In this document: piece after piece, positions 1 through 64,000 of the stretch
Position numbering within the stretch: position 1 is the stretch's first letter
Layout: each line of letters starts with the position of its first letter
Source of the DNA: Octopus sinensis
Lineage: Eukaryota
Reading direction: 5' to 3'
DNA length: 64,000 bases
NCBI RefSeq assembly: GCF_006345805.1
Contig: NC_042997.1
Location: 40,114,001-40,178,000, forward strand
Position numbers and translations under genes: made by a program
The notes under the pieces: model-generated
The model's input: only the letters and a program-made list of their open reading frames with translations
The model's database searches: none
Told to the model about the DNA's origin: nothing

Positions 1-659
1 GACCCTCCATCTTATTAATAATATACCACTTTTCTAGGACTACATTATCAAACGTTTCAGTGGTTTTTGTGACGATAGGGAGTTTTAGCAGCTGGGTGAC
101 TAATTTTCCTGTTAGTTCTGCTAACTATTACAATTGCTTCATTTACTGTATTCTTATTGACTTAATACGCTTAACAGCATTGCGTTTCTTTTCGAAATGC
201 TCTTCTGACAACTTTTTGGTGAAGTTTAAGTTGTACAAGTTAAGAATAATTTCTGTTTACTTCTATAAGTATTAGATCTAGAAATCAACTGCATACTTGG
301 AATGAAGAATCCCAAGATCTTATACAGAAGTGCTGCTACCAAACATAAAACAAACACCATGACAGATTACAAATTACCCTTGTATAAACCTGCCTGTTAA
401 AGTTATGTGTTCTATTTTTTTAAAACGAGTAAAGAATATTCAAAGAAAGCCATAAAAAAGTAGGCAGAAAACTTTGAAGCAAGGTGACTTATAACAAAGT
501 TTCTTTCCTCGTGTTTGAGGGCAGAGTTACGTTGGTTCTTAACTACCTCAGTATTTAACACCAGATAATCCTCAACAATGATTATAGTTCTTATTTCTCT
601 CAGTCGTCTAATCCATCCTTATTTTATCAGTTATCTAAATGATATGATCAGCATGTATG

Positions 660-707
<48 letters not shown>

Positions 708-806
708 TTAACAGGCTTCCTGTACATTTATTATCATAGATTTACAAGCTAGTATTATATATATAAGAGAAAATACCTATATGAAAAGCATTTTATGTTA
801 TGTGGG

Positions 807-807
<1 letters not shown>

Positions 808-876
<69 letters not shown>
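808..876. repeat. (ATT)n microsatellite before the first coding exon. Similar (ATT)/(AAT) tracts at about 8300-8375, 8790-8850, 9397-9452, 14805-14852, 15030-15082, 34490-34548, 34755-34826 and 40968-41160
   Basis: Direct reading. Confidence 0.95.
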
Positions 877-877
<1 letters not shown>

Positions 878-883
878 TTTTGC

Positions 884-905
884 AGATCTTGTGAGGACTT
901 TAACA
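884..905 (+). other. splice acceptor (tcttttgcAG, 884-885) and short 5' UTR part of the first coding exon; implies an upstream non-coding exon
   Basis: TTTTGCAG follows an (ATT)n tract 21 nt upstream of ATG 906. The ORF-track extension from 795 is poly-Tyr microsatellite. Confidence 0.6.
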
Positions 906-63656
<62,751 letters not shown>

Positions 63657-63861
63657 AATTTTGATGACCAGCAAAGAGTTGAAAAATAACAAAGGCAAAA
63701 TTCTTCCATTTGGCTTCTTTACATTCTTTCTATTTTTTCCCAGAGAGTTTTATTTTTATGTAATATTCTTGGTTATTATTATCATTATTTTTATCCCATT
63801 ATAACTGAGCGTTTCTTGCCAGAAACTGGTACTTCAAATTCGATATTTGTTCTACTGCATT

Positions 63862-63876
63862 AATAAACTCAATAAA
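63862..63876 (+). terminator. candidate polyadenylation signals (two AATAAA)
   Basis: AATAAA at 63862-63867 and 63871-63876, about 200 nt after the stop, in AT-rich sequence where chance matches are possible. Confidence 0.45.
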
Positions 63877-64000
63877 AATAATGAAATTTATCATTGTTGG
63901 AAATATATTTTTAAACAGTTTTGCAAAAATCTGTATATTACAGAAGTTATTTTTTTAATAGTTATTTTATCCACTACTGCATATGATGTGAATCTATTGC

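Noticed and set aside
1-883. Promoter or upstream 5' UTR exon
   Set aside because: Several GT candidates but no way to choose; the exon may lie outside the window.
795-905. ORF-track N-terminal extension MLCGIYYYY... of exon 1
   Set aside because: It is an (ATT)n microsatellite upstream of a good acceptor; Met 906 gives a normal signal peptide.

Overview
AT-rich, microsatellite- and retroposon-dense animal genomic DNA. The repeat families look octopus/coleoid cephalopod; this is recognition from memory, not a database search. The window holds essentially one protein-coding gene: a FOXRED2 (ERFAD) orthologue on the + strand with 9 coding exons, 906..63656. The joined CDS is 1890 nt (629 aa + stop), all introns are GT-AG and all phases are consistent. 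Nearly all other ORF-track entries are microsatellite or repeat artefacts. The introns contain several tRNA-headed SINE families, Tx1/L1, R4/Dong, RTE and Penelope-like (PLE) retroelement relics, non-autonomous Helitrons and TIR MITEs. Main observations: (1) a perfect 168-bp-arm fold-back (50314..50655) carries mirror-image minimal hammerhead ribozyme motifs, and six more hammerhead-like motifs occur elsewhere, most with a palindromic stem III; (2) exon 3 has no local polypyrimidine tract but a 444-nt AG-free zone back to a repeat-derived branch point candidate; (3) SINE dimers join at a fixed internal site, and the SINE tail resembles the 3' end of the Tx1 LINE in the same window.
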